In this document: positions 18,730 through 29,001 of the stretch, piece after piece
Position numbering within the stretch: position 1 is the stretch's first letter
How the letters are laid out: every line of letters begins with the position of its first letter
Virus record (IMG/VR): IMGVR_UViG_3300042256_000025
DNA length: 64,000 nt
From: a virus
Taxonomy: Duplodnaviria; Caudoviricetes
Strand: one strand, 5' to 3'
Notes under the pieces: model-generated
Database searches by the model: none
Seen by the model: only the letters and a program-made list of their open reading frames with translations
What the model was told of the DNA's origin: nothing
Translations under genes and position numbers: made by a program

Positions 18730-18756
18730 CACTCCTACCCCAATGGGGTAGGAGTG
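18730..18756 (-). terminator. Terminator between convergent genes
   Basis: CACTCCTACCCC-AAT-GGGGTAGGAGTG with an adjacent A-run. Confidence 0.7.
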
Positions 18757-18764
18757 TATGCCTT

Positions 18765-19214
18765 TTAATGTTTCAGGTACAGGGCCTTGGCCTGCGCACC
18801 TGCATTTGTTTTCCAGGTGAACACACTAGTTAGCATCGCCATCACAAAGATGACAATCAAGGCGGTGGGGGTATCACCGCCAGCCCATACCTGGTACGCA
18901 ACGGCACCCAGTGCTATACCACAGACCATATCTGTAGTCTTAGTAACTAGGGCTACAGCACGGTCGCTACCCTTAACAAGAGCTACGAGGTTTATCTGTG
19001 TAGCCACCAGGTAAACTGCCAGGAAACCAGTGTAGGCTAAGGTGTCGCCCCCTTCAGCCCATACGGCGATGGCACCATAGAGTGCAGTAGCTCCAACTAC
19101 CATCGCCATGATGGCGTTGAACTTAAACTTACCCCACGCCATTGCGTGGGCACCGGTTACAACAACCATCACAAAGCAGACTACCAAGTTAAGAGTTGTA
19201 ATGTTCATGTTCAT
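18765..19214 (-). CDS. Polytopic membrane protein (about 5 TM helices)
   Basis: Five hydrophobic segments; AAGGAGG SD (start may be 19208). Confidence 0.75.
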   Translation of the reverse strand: MNMNITTLNLVVCFVMVVVTGAHAMAWGKFKFNAIMAMVVGATALYGAIAVWAEGGDTLAYTGFLAVYLVATQINLVALVKGSDRAVALVTKTTDMVCGIALGAVAYQVWAGGDTPTALIVIFVMAMLTSVFTWKTNAGAQAKALYLKH

Positions 19215-19247
19215 TCCCTCCTTAGGGATAGGGTATACTGGGACGAG

Positions 19248-19820
19248 TTAGTTCTTTATGGTAACGAACTTATATCCATGGTTAACCAACAGGTCTCCCT
19301 CTAGGTTATATAGTTCCAGATTTTTCTCTAGGTAGGTACCACGGGCTTTATTCAGGAACTTGATTGCGCTGTCTATCGTGTAATCGGCGTGTTTCTCCGC
19401 AAGCTTATTCATCCAAAAGGATTGACCGCTATATGGTAGCTTCACGATAACATCCTGCCGCTCAATCCAGATCCATCCGCCAGCGTAGTAAACCTTACCG
19501 TTGGCCCCTACGACATAACGGTAGCGCTCCCCAGCATCAACCACCTCGCCAAACTCTTCAATTTGCTCTGGGCTGTCAATATATTTTGCTGAGGTTGGGC
19601 GGTTATACTTGCAAAAGTATTCAGCCACATCACGACCATCATCGCTCTTCCAACTTTCCCACCAGACCTCACGACAGGCAGGGCGGTTATCCAGTACCAT
19701 GCCAAAGGTTCTTGAATTATCAGTGGGGTAGAGCGAGTTTTTTACATACTCTACTGCATCAAATGCATTGGCTGAAACCGACAGGGTCAGGGTAGCTAAA
19801 AACAGAATAATCTTTTTCAT
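19248..19820 (-). CDS. Secreted/periplasmic protein
   Basis: Sec signal MKKIILFLATLTLSVSANA|FD; early promoter upstream. Confidence 0.75.
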   Translation of the reverse strand: MKKIILFLATLTLSVSANAFDAVEYVKNSLYPTDNSRTFGMVLDNRPACREVWWESWKSDDGRDVAEYFCKYNRPTSAKYIDSPEQIEEFGEVVDAGERYRYVVGANGKVYYAGGWIWIERQDVIVKLPYSGQSFWMNKLAEKHADYTIDSAIKFLNKARGTYLEKNLELYNLEGDLLVNHGYKFVTIKN

Positions 19821-19852
19821 GATTTACTCTCCATTAAGGTCATATCCTTACT

Positions 19853-19862
19853 GTAATATAGG
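19853..19862 (-). promoter_or_regulatory. Early promoter (CCTATATTAC)
   Basis: TATATTAC core about 30 nt upstream of ATG 19820. Confidence 0.7.
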
Positions 19863-19875
19863 GTTATAAAAAGAC

Positions 19876-19906
19876 TGAATCCCTCCCCGTAATGGGGAGG
19901 GATTCA
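19876..19906 (-). terminator. Terminator ending the long structural operon
   Basis: TGAATCCCTCCCC/GGGGAGGGATTCA stem with an adjacent A-run. Confidence 0.7.
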
Positions 19907-19907
19907 A

Positions 19908-20270
19908 TTATAGCAATACTAAGTACCCTATCAGTGTGCCGACTGACAATCCAAAGGTCAACTTATCTAGCCCATCTACATTCGCTAAGGGTTTCATGTA
20001 GAAGGTACAGATACCCTTCTCGGGATAGCCAGGTGCTACCTGACGTATGGTGATCAGGAGCAAACGCTTAGCCAAGGGATCCTTTTCTTGACAGTACGCT
20101 TTTTCTAATTGAGCCAGCCGATCAATGCGCCTATCGATAGAGCGGTACATGTCCCCTACGTCATAACCATCTCGCAATGGGTGAGGAGGTGACTTAATCC
20201 CTGCGCAACCACTCGCGAGGAATAGGCCAACGAGGGCCAGTGAAAACAGCATGCACTTTATACACCGCAT
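19908..20270 (-). CDS. Lipoprotein with C-terminal hydrophobic anchor; candidate unimolecular spanin
   Basis: Signal peptide ending LASG|C22; C-terminal LTFGLSVGTLIGYLVLL. Confidence 0.5.
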   Translation of the reverse strand: MRCIKCMLFSLALVGLFLASGCAGIKSPPHPLRDGYDVGDMYRSIDRRIDRLAQLEKAYCQEKDPLAKRLLLITIRQVAPGYPEKGICTFYMKPLANVDGLDKLTFGLSVGTLIGYLVLL

Positions 20271-20271
20271 C

Positions 20272-21648
20272 TTACTCTCCCTCGGACAAGTCCCTTCGTA
20301 TTAGGTTAATGATGAGTCGGGTGCGGGATATAAAGTTAACATCCGTAAGTGCACCTGTCTTAGTTGCCGTAATCGACTCAGCCCCTATTAATGTCCCTAT
20401 CAGTGACTCGATGCGTTCTTCCCCCTTAAATAGGAACTTAACCTGCATGCCTGGATACAAAAGTTCAGGGGCAGATCGATCCCACTCCACAACCACGGGT
20501 GTACCCATAGACTCAGATAAGGGTGTGGTGTGTTTGAAGGGGTTATCCGTGAAATGCACCGGGGTATGGCGGACGTTCACTTTCTTATCCGGACGCTCCT
20601 CTAGAATAAAGCCGGCTACCTTCTCAGCCTTATTAAAAGTGGTTTTGTTTTGGGACGTTACGACAAACTTATCGAGTAGATCTGACGCCCGCGACATCCG
20701 TAGCCCTGTACCCTTGTTTAGCTGAACGTGTTCCGTGCGGTCAAAGAACGCGGTGTCTCCCGTTGAGAAGACGTAGAGTTGTCCCGACCGATGGAGGAAG
20801 GTACGTTCCATGACGGGAATCTCGGTAACCGGCACATTCAGTATCGTTAGGGTTTTCTCCCGTTGGGTAAAGAGGGTGTAGTTTAGCAAGGGATAGAAGA
20901 AACACCATCCCCGCACAATGTGCCACCCCAACCCTGAGGCATAGACCCCATAGTCCTCCTGCAACTGTTTAGGAAGCTCATAGAGGCGAGTGCCATTGGG
21001 TATCACGATATGGTCGTAAACCCTAGCATTGTCCGGTGGCATGATGTCCACCCCCCGGATACCGGTGTATTTCTCATCCTTGAGTGTCTCGGGGTTCTCA
21101 TCGGGACCCAGCTTATAACTCAACAATGTACGCAGAAGCTTCTCAATAGTGACATTACGAAAGATTCCACCGACTTCTTCTAACCTAAGATCAGCAACCA
21201 CAGGCTCGATAAGCTGAAAGGTAATCTCAACTTGGTTAGAGGCCTGTACAACGGTACCCTTCTTATCCTCATCGTTACCCAGTGTCGCCATGATAGCCGG
21301 GTCCACAGGGTCTGTCAGGTAGGCATTGAATAGCTGCACGTAGCGTTTGACTTCTGTGTTCACAATCCCATCGGGGGACTGCTGGGCTTTGGTGAGTTCA
21401 AACTGGACATCGTTCTTGTATTTAACAATATGGCGATACACGACGGGGTCCACCTTAATTGTAAGGTAGGTGTCACCGTAGTAGCGCTCCCCGTATAAAT
21501 GCTTAGTCGCATGCTTAACGATGTTAGTGTACTTGGTACGCTGCCCTTTCACCAGCAGTGTACCTCCCAGTCGCCAATGTACCACACGGCCAGGAGTCTG
21601 CATGAGTGTGAGCAGTTCTTTATAGGTAGTAGACTCCCGTACCGACAT
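20272..21648 (-). CDS. Virion tail/baseplate protein (phiKZ gp101-like)
   Basis: PPDN...YDHIVIP.GT, GVY..GLG and LLYPGM motifs; synteny. Confidence 0.65.
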   Translation of the reverse strand: MSVRESTTYKELLTLMQTPGRVVHWRLGGTLLVKGQRTKYTNIVKHATKHLYGERYYGDTYLTIKVDPVVYRHIVKYKNDVQFELTKAQQSPDGIVNTEVKRYVQLFNAYLTDPVDPAIMATLGNDEDKKGTVVQASNQVEITFQLIEPVVADLRLEEVGGIFRNVTIEKLLRTLLSYKLGPDENPETLKDEKYTGIRGVDIMPPDNARVYDHIVIPNGTRLYELPKQLQEDYGVYASGLGWHIVRGWCFFYPLLNYTLFTQREKTLTILNVPVTEIPVMERTFLHRSGQLYVFSTGDTAFFDRTEHVQLNKGTGLRMSRASDLLDKFVVTSQNKTTFNKAEKVAGFILEERPDKKVNVRHTPVHFTDNPFKHTTPLSESMGTPVVVEWDRSAPELLYPGMQVKFLFKGEERIESLIGTLIGAESITATKTGALTDVNFISRTRLIINLIRRDLSEGE

Positions 21649-21659
21649 TACTTTACTCC

Positions 21660-22343
21660 TTAAAAGCTAAAGGGGTCTTTTGCAGACGCCTTATGTTGTT
21701 TATAGTTGGTGTTGGAGATCGCAGGTGCTTCACCTCTACTAACCTTAACTGGCTCAGGGGGTGTTTGACGTGAAAGGCGACCTTCGACCTTGCCTACAGT
21801 AAAGAGGCGTTCAATTTCATCCCAGGCACCGGTGCCCATACCGTGGTTACGAATAACGGTGACCATCGGCTGCAGTACGGTATCTAAGCGACTGAGTTTT
21901 TCGAGGTCCTCTTTCGGCGGCATGGGGTAATGTACCTCATACCGCTGCGCCTGTTGTAATCCCACCATATACTCATTGATTAGATCACTGATTTCGGTAC
22001 AGTCCGGTGGATTTAGAAACGTAAAACTACCATCAACCGCTAAAACCTCAGCCATCTGATTGACTGTTAGACCCATCTCGACCGGCGTCTGGGCCAGACG
22101 ATCGTCATCTTCCTGATTACCACTATACCGCGTGTGTGCAAACATAGCGTCTAAGACGTGACGTTCGTTCGAGTAGTCTACCGTCATGACGCAGCCGGAT
22201 GCCCCGTAACGGCCATCGAAAACCTCACGGTCCCGAGGCTTAGGGGGCGGGAAGGCCACGTCTAGATATACAGGTGCACATTGGCACATAAAGTTTTTAT
22301 CAAACAACATGTTTACCAGATATGCGCGGCGTGCACTATCCAT
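21660..22343 (-). CDS. Conserved hypothetical/virion protein (phiKZ gp100-like)
   Basis: LTVNQMAE and P.EDL.KL motifs; synteny. Confidence 0.55.
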   Translation of the reverse strand: MDSARRAYLVNMLFDKNFMCQCAPVYLDVAFPPPKPRDREVFDGRYGASGCVMTVDYSNERHVLDAMFAHTRYSGNQEDDDRLAQTPVEMGLTVNQMAEVLAVDGSFTFLNPPDCTEISDLINEYMVGLQQAQRYEVHYPMPPKEDLEKLSRLDTVLQPMVTVIRNHGMGTGAWDEIERLFTVGKVEGRLSRQTPPEPVKVSRGEAPAISNTNYKQHKASAKDPFSF

Positions 22344-22344
22344 A

Positions 22345-23556
22345 TTAGACTCCTACAATTTTAAAGCGCAGTAACGCCAATGCCAATACCGCTTCACGTA
22401 GCCCCGACATACCTTCGGATGACAGGGCGGTCTCTACAAGCATAGCCAGGCGCTGATTTGAAATCGTACCGGTCTCTACGTACTCCGCAACACCCATCTC
22501 AATCTCAGACTTATCCCCATCCACATCATAGAGGGCGTGGGTGAAAAGATAAGGTTCTGTATCAGGATGTACCGTGGAGTCTGTCCAGTCATTTGGCATA
22601 GTAACGTAATCAATATCGACGTTCAATATTGAACGATACATGCTATAGCCAGAGAAGGTTCCTGTCCCACGATTGACGTAGGTTCTCGGCATCTGCTCTA
22701 AGATATAGGTGTCTCGCTTGAGGATCGCAGTCCACAGGGTCGGACGGTCCATGTACTCCATGGTTTCGTCGATGCTGTACTCCTCTGCGATAGGGTAGTG
22801 ACCTCTAAGGGTATGGGGGATCACCGCATTAAAGAAGTTTACTAGCCATGGGTCATAATACGTTTCGCCCAGGTGTTCAACCACAAAGGTTTTCAATCGA
22901 GGACTGAAATAGTGATTATAGAGTCGATCCATGATCCGACGGGCATCTTTCAAGAAGTTCCGTTCGGAGTTCGCGACACTGTATTCAATCAGCGGACTGT
23001 AACCGGCCTTCAGACGACGGGCATCGAAATACCGATACTGTACAACCTTAGACTCTAGGTTCGCCAGCAGTGGTGCCGATTCTTCCGAAAACAGTCGGTA
23101 CTCAACCTGATATACCGTGCGCTTGTAGTACCCTAAGGCCTGTACACTGGTAAGGGTGAATATACCCCGCCGCCCAGCTTCAATAAAGCCAACAAACATA
23201 TCACCGATATGCGGGGCAACGGTATCCGGATAGATCAAACCGCTACCGGTTAACTCCGATAATTGAGTGGTGGTGTCTTGACTGTACGAAAGCTCATCTG
23301 TAACACTGAGTCTGAAGTCTGTTACGCGCAAATATTGCTGTAAGGTCGCAGACAAGTTCGCATCCAGTGACTGGGGACTCTCCCCCGACACCAGCATCTG
23401 GTGGTAGTATTGTACCACCCAAGGCTCACCCTCGATTTCAGTAATCAGAGGGGTCTTGTATTCACGCGTCTCATAGACCTGACTGACGCTGATCTCCGGC
23501 TCTATCTTAGTCGTCGGTGGCGGTGTGGTCGGCCGAGCGGGATTAAAAATAGGCAT
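22345..23556 (-). CDS. Virion structural protein (phiKZ gp99-like)
   Basis: EG.PW.V.YYHQ, P.IGDMF and YDPWLV.F motifs. Confidence 0.65.
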   Translation of the reverse strand: MPIFNPARPTTPPPTTKIEPEISVSQVYETREYKTPLITEIEGEPWVVQYYHQMLVSGESPQSLDANLSATLQQYLRVTDFRLSVTDELSYSQDTTTQLSELTGSGLIYPDTVAPHIGDMFVGFIEAGRRGIFTLTSVQALGYYKRTVYQVEYRLFSEESAPLLANLESKVVQYRYFDARRLKAGYSPLIEYSVANSERNFLKDARRIMDRLYNHYFSPRLKTFVVEHLGETYYDPWLVNFFNAVIPHTLRGHYPIAEEYSIDETMEYMDRPTLWTAILKRDTYILEQMPRTYVNRGTGTFSGYSMYRSILNVDIDYVTMPNDWTDSTVHPDTEPYLFTHALYDVDGDKSEIEMGVAEYVETGTISNQRLAMLVETALSSEGMSGLREAVLALALLRFKIVGV

Positions 23557-25091
23557 TAGCTCTTACCTCGATGTGTGCTGGTAACCCCATGCTGTATATA
23601 ACGCGGGCCAGTTTCAACTAGACGGGCATACGGTCGGTTAGTGGAGGCGATTTTCTTAATGCTTCGTCTAAATGTATAGTCCAGGATATATTTACCCGCA
23701 ACCGTTTGGAGCCACTCTTTGTCCTCATCCAATGTCACTCTGGAGTCCAGTAATTTAAATACACAGAGCGTACGCTCAGGATTATTGAGCATTTCAAGTA
23801 CATGGTTCGTTGCGATGCGTGCCAAGTCTACCATTTTAGCGACACGTAAGTAATGGCGATGGCGCGGATTCATTGGTAGCTTCGAACGGATAGTACCATC
23901 AGGCTCAATATAGATCGTGAGTTGCTCTTCGCTACGGTGCACCCGATAGACTTGGATCAGGTAAGGTGTCTCATAGGGCTCAGTAACTAGCTCAGGGTAG
24001 GCGAGGAGGTACGCCTTTATGCATGGATGCACCATGTCGTCGGTAAAGTCGTGTAACGAGGCAATCAATGTAGGATCAGTCTCATCGACCAAGATAGGGG
24101 TTAGTACCTCGGTAACGGTCGCCTGTTGTGGGTTACGGGGGAACCAATCATCAATGGGGTCTAAGCGACTGCCGCCATCTGCACGGTAGTACCGGCTGAT
24201 TGCACCGCTGTCTGGACCGCGCATGTAACTGCGGGAGGACTCGCCGTCTGCATCCACGCGTACGATGGGCTGCCAGGCATCTATGTACGTTTGTGGAATG
24301 CGCTGATTGTGGATAAAGAGTGGATACGTTAAAACCACGGCTAAGGGTTGCTGGTACTCGAAGTTGTACTCCAAGGAGAGACGATGTCGGCCGCCGTCTT
24401 GCTCGATCTCGTTATAAAAGACCTCTTCGTTGAATCGCCCTATGATGTTATCCTGAGATTCATTGATGGCCAGTGTACTGGCAGTGCCTGATAGGTTAGA
24501 GCGCTTAACCAGACCACCGTGGATAAAGGCCCGTGCAAAATAGTCTGCCAAATTTTCCCCGTATCCTTGATAGGCTTCTCGAAGTGACCAGGCGTCATAT
24601 AGGAATGCCAAAAAGGGATCTGGAATTTCGTACTGGTATTTTAGGTCATGTACCTGCACATGGTGCATAAGGCCGCCCCGTATACGCAGTTTACGCTGAA
24701 GGGCCTGTATAACGGACTTATCTCTGAAGTTAACCTCTACGGCAATCTCCATCCGCACCCACCCATAGGTCGGACGCATCTCAATCCCCAGATCCGGATC
24801 GAAGAATAAGGATGGAAATTCTGGCCGATATACGGCGGACTGAAGAATACCGTTTTCGGTAAAGGCTTCGCTGTACCGCAATAATAGGTAGTTATCCGTC
24901 GAGAGGGGCTTGGTAACACGGTCGTCTAGTACCCCCTCAGGATTGGCAACCTGTCCAATGCGTTCCTCAACCAATACCTGTGTATCGGCAGGTAGGCCAA
25001 AACGCTGTATAAAGTCAGCACCCATCTGACGGACAATGGTACGGGTAACCGTTGCATCGTGCTGTGGAATTGAGAGGGCAATCGTGGGCAT
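23556..25091 (-). CDS. Virion structural protein (phiKZ gp98-like)
   Basis: 511 aa; F.DP..GI.MRP.Y and YPL.IHNQ motifs; synteny. Confidence 0.65.
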   Translation of the reverse strand: MPTIALSIPQHDATVTRTIVRQMGADFIQRFGLPADTQVLVEERIGQVANPEGVLDDRVTKPLSTDNYLLLRYSEAFTENGILQSAVYRPEFPSLFFDPDLGIEMRPTYGWVRMEIAVEVNFRDKSVIQALQRKLRIRGGLMHHVQVHDLKYQYEIPDPFLAFLYDAWSLREAYQGYGENLADYFARAFIHGGLVKRSNLSGTASTLAINESQDNIIGRFNEEVFYNEIEQDGGRHRLSLEYNFEYQQPLAVVLTYPLFIHNQRIPQTYIDAWQPIVRVDADGESSRSYMRGPDSGAISRYYRADGGSRLDPIDDWFPRNPQQATVTEVLTPILVDETDPTLIASLHDFTDDMVHPCIKAYLLAYPELVTEPYETPYLIQVYRVHRSEEQLTIYIEPDGTIRSKLPMNPRHRHYLRVAKMVDLARIATNHVLEMLNNPERTLCVFKLLDSRVTLDEDKEWLQTVAGKYILDYTFRRSIKKIASTNRPYARLVETGPRYIQHGVTSTHRGKS

Positions 25092-25100
25092 AACGGTGTC

Positions 25101-26210
25101 CTATTTTAAGTTTTCACGCAGGGCCTTTACAATGTTAACCCCTTCATTAATCTCACGTAACTGGGCTTCGGTTAATACACGAGAGGGGCCACCGAGTTGG
25201 GCCATAATAGCATTAAGGCGATTCAGTTCAATCAAAAGGGCATTGGCGACCTCATCGGTTAATTCGCCTTTACTAACTGCCCCTTTAATACGCTGCACTA
25301 AGTTATTGATCAACTTGCGGTAATCGTTAAGGTCTTTACCGACTTTACGCTTGCGCACCACATCAATTGACTTAAGTAGCTTTTCGTACTGCGATACAAC
25401 GTCTTTAAGGTCACGAGGCTGAGCTGCTTTATAGCGAGTGGGACGTTTGGCTACCTTATCATCGGGTAAAGGCGCCTTGTACAGGCGATGACTCACCACC
25501 GTACCGTCTTTATCGGTATCGGTCTGACTGTATAGTCCATCCTTACCCAGCTCCATCAGCAGCCGTATAGTACGCTGTCCACCGGTATCCAGACGGGTAA
25601 TTGAGATAACGGGGGCTTTCTTAACCAGGGCACTGTCAGCCCCTTTAAGGGCGTAACTACGGCGTGCCTCTTGCAGCTTCTTAATCGCCTCTTCTGACAT
25701 CCCTTCCAGATCCCGATCTAACTCCTGTACAATCGCCTTCGCTTCATCTACGTGATCTTCAACCGTACGGTCTGCCTTTTCCATCGCGTTACTGTACTGC
25801 TCCAGTAACTCAACCCGATCCTCAAGGTCCCGTACGTCTCCCACCACCGACTCATCGTCACCGGGTACAGTTACTTCAGACTGTTCAGGACGACCGTGGG
25901 TCGAATCGGTGGCTTTCTTTTCACGACGCACCTTTGACCAAATGCGGTCTACTAAGGCGATAATCTTTTCCCATAGCTTAATAAAAAGCTCTACGAGTTT
26001 CTCTAACCCATTATAAATAAAATCAATGATGCGACTGAGGGTGCCAGAGATACCTTCCTGACTAACACCGACGTCTGTGAAGCTTGCGGCTAGGAAGGGT
26101 GCGGCTGCCTCATCCTCACAATAGGGCAGTAACACATCCAGACGCTCGGTTAGGTAGAAAAGCTCACGCTCACGGCGATCAGCCTCTAATGATTCGGTTA
26201 CCATGTCCAT
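25101..26210 (-). CDS. Internal head protein paralog
   Basis: Acidic propeptide with SLE and SQE sites, then an amphipathic helix. Confidence 0.65.
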   Translation of the reverse strand: MDMVTESLEADRRERELFYLTERLDVLLPYCEDEAAAPFLAASFTDVGVSQEGISGTLSRIIDFIYNGLEKLVELFIKLWEKIIALVDRIWSKVRREKKATDSTHGRPEQSEVTVPGDDESVVGDVRDLEDRVELLEQYSNAMEKADRTVEDHVDEAKAIVQELDRDLEGMSEEAIKKLQEARRSYALKGADSALVKKAPVISITRLDTGGQRTIRLLMELGKDGLYSQTDTDKDGTVVSHRLYKAPLPDDKVAKRPTRYKAAQPRDLKDVVSQYEKLLKSIDVVRKRKVGKDLNDYRKLINNLVQRIKGAVSKGELTDEVANALLIELNRLNAIMAQLGGPSRVLTEAQLREINEGVNIVKALRENLK

Positions 26211-26268
26211 AGGACACTTCCTCTAATAGTCAACTGTATACGATTTGCCCTGACGGTATAGCATAATC

Positions 26269-26292
26269 CCCACAGCCCCGAAGGGCTGTGGG
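26269..26292. terminator. Stem-loop CCCACAGCCC-CGAA-GGGCTGTGGG
   Basis: 10-bp inverted repeat between head-protein genes. Confidence 0.6.
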
Positions 26293-26345
26293 AACTATTA
26301 GTCTAAACTAAGAGCAACGGTTACTTATTCACCGTCTTTCTTGTC

Positions 26346-27650
26346 TTATTTCTTTTCTTTCAGGTTCTTCATGGACTTGACGGCGTAAGACATCGCTGCC
26401 TGCGCAACCAGAGACGCATGTTTAACCAGATCACGGTCGAAGACACGTTGGTTCTTTTCGATTGCCGCCAGGCCTTTCATTGCGGCCTTCATGACTTTCT
26501 TCTTCTCGCCTTCCAGGTCATCCTTCGCCAGCTTCAGCAAGGCCTTACCGGCCTTCTCAACGTTGGTGTTAATCTTGTCAGCACGACGAGCGCTATCCTT
26601 CACGGCCAGAATTGCCGCTGTCAGGTTCTTGGCACCTTCGGCTACCTTAGCGATTTCAGATGCAGTCAGGGCATCAACGGCGATCTTGTTCTTGGCCGGT
26701 TCAGACGGGTTGAAGAATTCCAGAACCGGTACAGACATACCGCCCTGAGCTTTCAGGACAGCCAGGCCATCACCGATAGCGGTTTCGACACCGGATACGG
26801 CACCTTCGACTTTACCCAGACGACCATCGCTGATGCCAGTCTTCATTTCGAAAGCAGAAGTGATAGCAGATTCATAGTCAGAGATCGCTTTGGTGACGGC
26901 TGCTTCAACGTCAGCCGCAGACATCTTCTCGACGCCTTCAGCCGCTGTAGTCAGAGCGTCAACGGCTGCGCCAGCAGCTTTGATGGCATTCTGAGAGAAA
27001 GCCAGTTTCTTCACCTGACCTGCCATGGCATTCATGTCGCTGGCGATGTTGGAGGCAACCTTGCCACCGGACATCAGGTACTGAACCTTAGCCGGTTCAA
27101 CAGTTTTCTCTTCAGGCTGACCTTTGGCTTCACGGGCTTTCTTAGCCAGGGCTTCGGCGCCCTTGTTCATGCGGCCAATTGCTGAGAAGTTCTGCTCCAT
27201 CCACTTAGCAGTAGCGGCGTAGGCGGTCTTGATCATGTTCATCAGACCCTGCCAGAGGTCTTTCAGCTTATCAGTGATCTTTTCCATGGCATAGCCAGTA
27301 GCCACGGCACGTCCACCATCCACTTCGAAATCTTCCATGGACGGCATAGCGTTGTCGCCCATTCCACCAAACGGCGCCATAACGGAGCTGGTAGCGATGG
27401 CGAGCAGTTCAGCTGACTTGGCGTCCAGACCACCTTCAGCCTGAGAAGCGGCTACAACGTCAGCCAGGGCTTCCAGGCCAACATACGCAGACTCACCGAT
27501 TTCCAGTGCGGATTCCATGGAAACCATTTCGGCTTCAGCTTCGCAGGCCAGTGACATGGAGTCTTCGATGTCTTCCATGGAGATAGCCAGCAGGTCTTCG
27601 TTTACGGTTTCAGCCTGCAGAGATGCGGCCAGAATTGCAGAAATACTCAT
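26346..27650 (-). CDS. Probably high-copy internal head (inner body) protein, phiKZ internal-protein family
   Basis: Multiple SME/ALE/GLE/AME sites in an acidic propeptide; Ala/Lys-rich mature part; capsid-like codon bias. Confidence 0.75.
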   Translation of the reverse strand: MSISAILAASLQAETVNEDLLAISMEDIEDSMSLACEAEAEMVSMESALEIGESAYVGLEALADVVAASQAEGGLDAKSAELLAIATSSVMAPFGGMGDNAMPSMEDFEVDGGRAVATGYAMEKITDKLKDLWQGLMNMIKTAYAATAKWMEQNFSAIGRMNKGAEALAKKAREAKGQPEEKTVEPAKVQYLMSGGKVASNIASDMNAMAGQVKKLAFSQNAIKAAGAAVDALTTAAEGVEKMSAADVEAAVTKAISDYESAITSAFEMKTGISDGRLGKVEGAVSGVETAIGDGLAVLKAQGGMSVPVLEFFNPSEPAKNKIAVDALTASEIAKVAEGAKNLTAAILAVKDSARRADKINTNVEKAGKALLKLAKDDLEGEKKKVMKAAMKGLAAIEKNQRVFDRDLVKHASLVAQAAMSYAVKSMKNLKEKK

Positions 27651-27740
27651 GAGTAAAATTCCTATGGTTGTTTAAACGTATATGACGTCTGACAGTTGCG
27701 TCATTCAACTATCATGTCGACATACGATAGTGGAAAACTG

Positions 27741-28991
27741 TTAATTAGAGGGCGCAGGTAGCCCCTTAGGTGCATCTGCAGCATTTGCCAGTACACCGTC
27801 GAGGTTCTTATAGCCAGATTTGGCATATTCGTAAGCCATAACCAGGACACGGTATCCTTCTTTGACACCGATTTGGTTTAGTTTACCGCTGTTAGTGGCC
27901 ATACGGCGAATACCCGTGATAACCTGGGTAGCAAGTTCTTTATTAGGTTTATCAGATACAGCCCGAGCGATGAGTGTAGACAGTATGTTTTCCAGTGAAC
28001 CCTGTAGAGCACCTACAAATTTTTCCATCTTACGGACTTCGTTTTTCTTACCCATCATGATTTTTGACAGGTTAGTACCGCTATCACAGACACCAATGAC
28101 GCCTGGGCCAGTCGGTGCCTTGATCTCTACCTTATCGGACTTGTTTTCTACCTCAACCAATTCTACCTTTGCAACAGTATTGTAATCACCTTTGGTATAA
28201 GCAGTGAGGAGTAGACGGCGACCTTCGCCAGGGAGGTCGAGTCCATACCCTTCTTTCATTTCCTTCAACCCCAATGCCTTTACAGCACCTTGGTTCCACA
28301 GGGCGGCGGAATTGGAGAAGACCTGATCAATATTAACGTTCTCATTGTTCCGCAGTGCTAAGATTTTACTGTTGATTATTTTTGAGAACTCTACAGAGAG
28401 ACGGTTAAGTTGTTCGTTGGCAACCACGTCATTTACAATAGCCGCCGCTTGGTTAACCAAACTAACGACCTCTGTGTCGCCTTTACCCTCTAGACTGAAG
28501 AACCCATACTTACTGGATTTCAGGGTTTTCTCCTTAGGGTTACCTTTGGCGTCTTTCGCCTTCTCCTTGAGCGCACGGAAGGCCTTATCCATACGACCTA
28601 CGTTTGAGATGTGCTGATCGAAGAACTTAATGGTCTCCGCAACCATCTTCTTCATGAATTCCCATACCGCATTAGCCATCTCTTTTATCTTCTCGACGAC
28701 TCCTTCCTGGGAGACCACTACAGTCGAAATCTCTTCCTGACTAAAGCCAAAGGGCGTCAAGGCAGAGGTAGCGACAATCTGACGCATGGTCTCGGTATAT
28801 TCACCCTGTATGTCGTCAGCCGACAGTGCAATAAGGGACTCCATGCTGTACTCACAGACATCCAGTGCGACCTCACATTCCACTAAAGCTCGCTCAGAGA
28901 CGACCGGAAGGGCATCGAGATTAACAGCATAGTCTTCGACTGCAACATTGTCAGTCAAGGAGGCGGTTAATACACGTTTAAGTGTAGACAT
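27741..28991 (-). CDS. Internal head protein paralog of 26346-27650
   Basis: SME and SQE sites; GRMDKAFRALKEKAKDAKGNPKEKT matches GRMNKGAEALAKKAREAKGQPEEKT in the neighbour. Confidence 0.75.
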   Translation of the reverse strand: MSTLKRVLTASLTDNVAVEDYAVNLDALPVVSERALVECEVALDVCEYSMESLIALSADDIQGEYTETMRQIVATSALTPFGFSQEEISTVVVSQEGVVEKIKEMANAVWEFMKKMVAETIKFFDQHISNVGRMDKAFRALKEKAKDAKGNPKEKTLKSSKYGFFSLEGKGDTEVVSLVNQAAAIVNDVVANEQLNRLSVEFSKIINSKILALRNNENVNIDQVFSNSAALWNQGAVKALGLKEMKEGYGLDLPGEGRRLLLTAYTKGDYNTVAKVELVEVENKSDKVEIKAPTGPGVIGVCDSGTNLSKIMMGKKNEVRKMEKFVGALQGSLENILSTLIARAVSDKPNKELATQVITGIRRMATNSGKLNQIGVKEGYRVLVMAYEYAKSGYKNLDGVLANAADAPKGLPAPSN

Positions 28992-29001
28992 TGTAGATTC
29001 C

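Noticed and set aside
20240-20725. 161-aa plus-strand ORF and similar short antisense ORFs inside core genes
   Set aside because: They overlap well-supported genes on the other strand and lack SDs or motifs.
26418-27185. 255-aa ORF antisense to an internal head protein gene
   Set aside because: Same codon-bias shadow effect.
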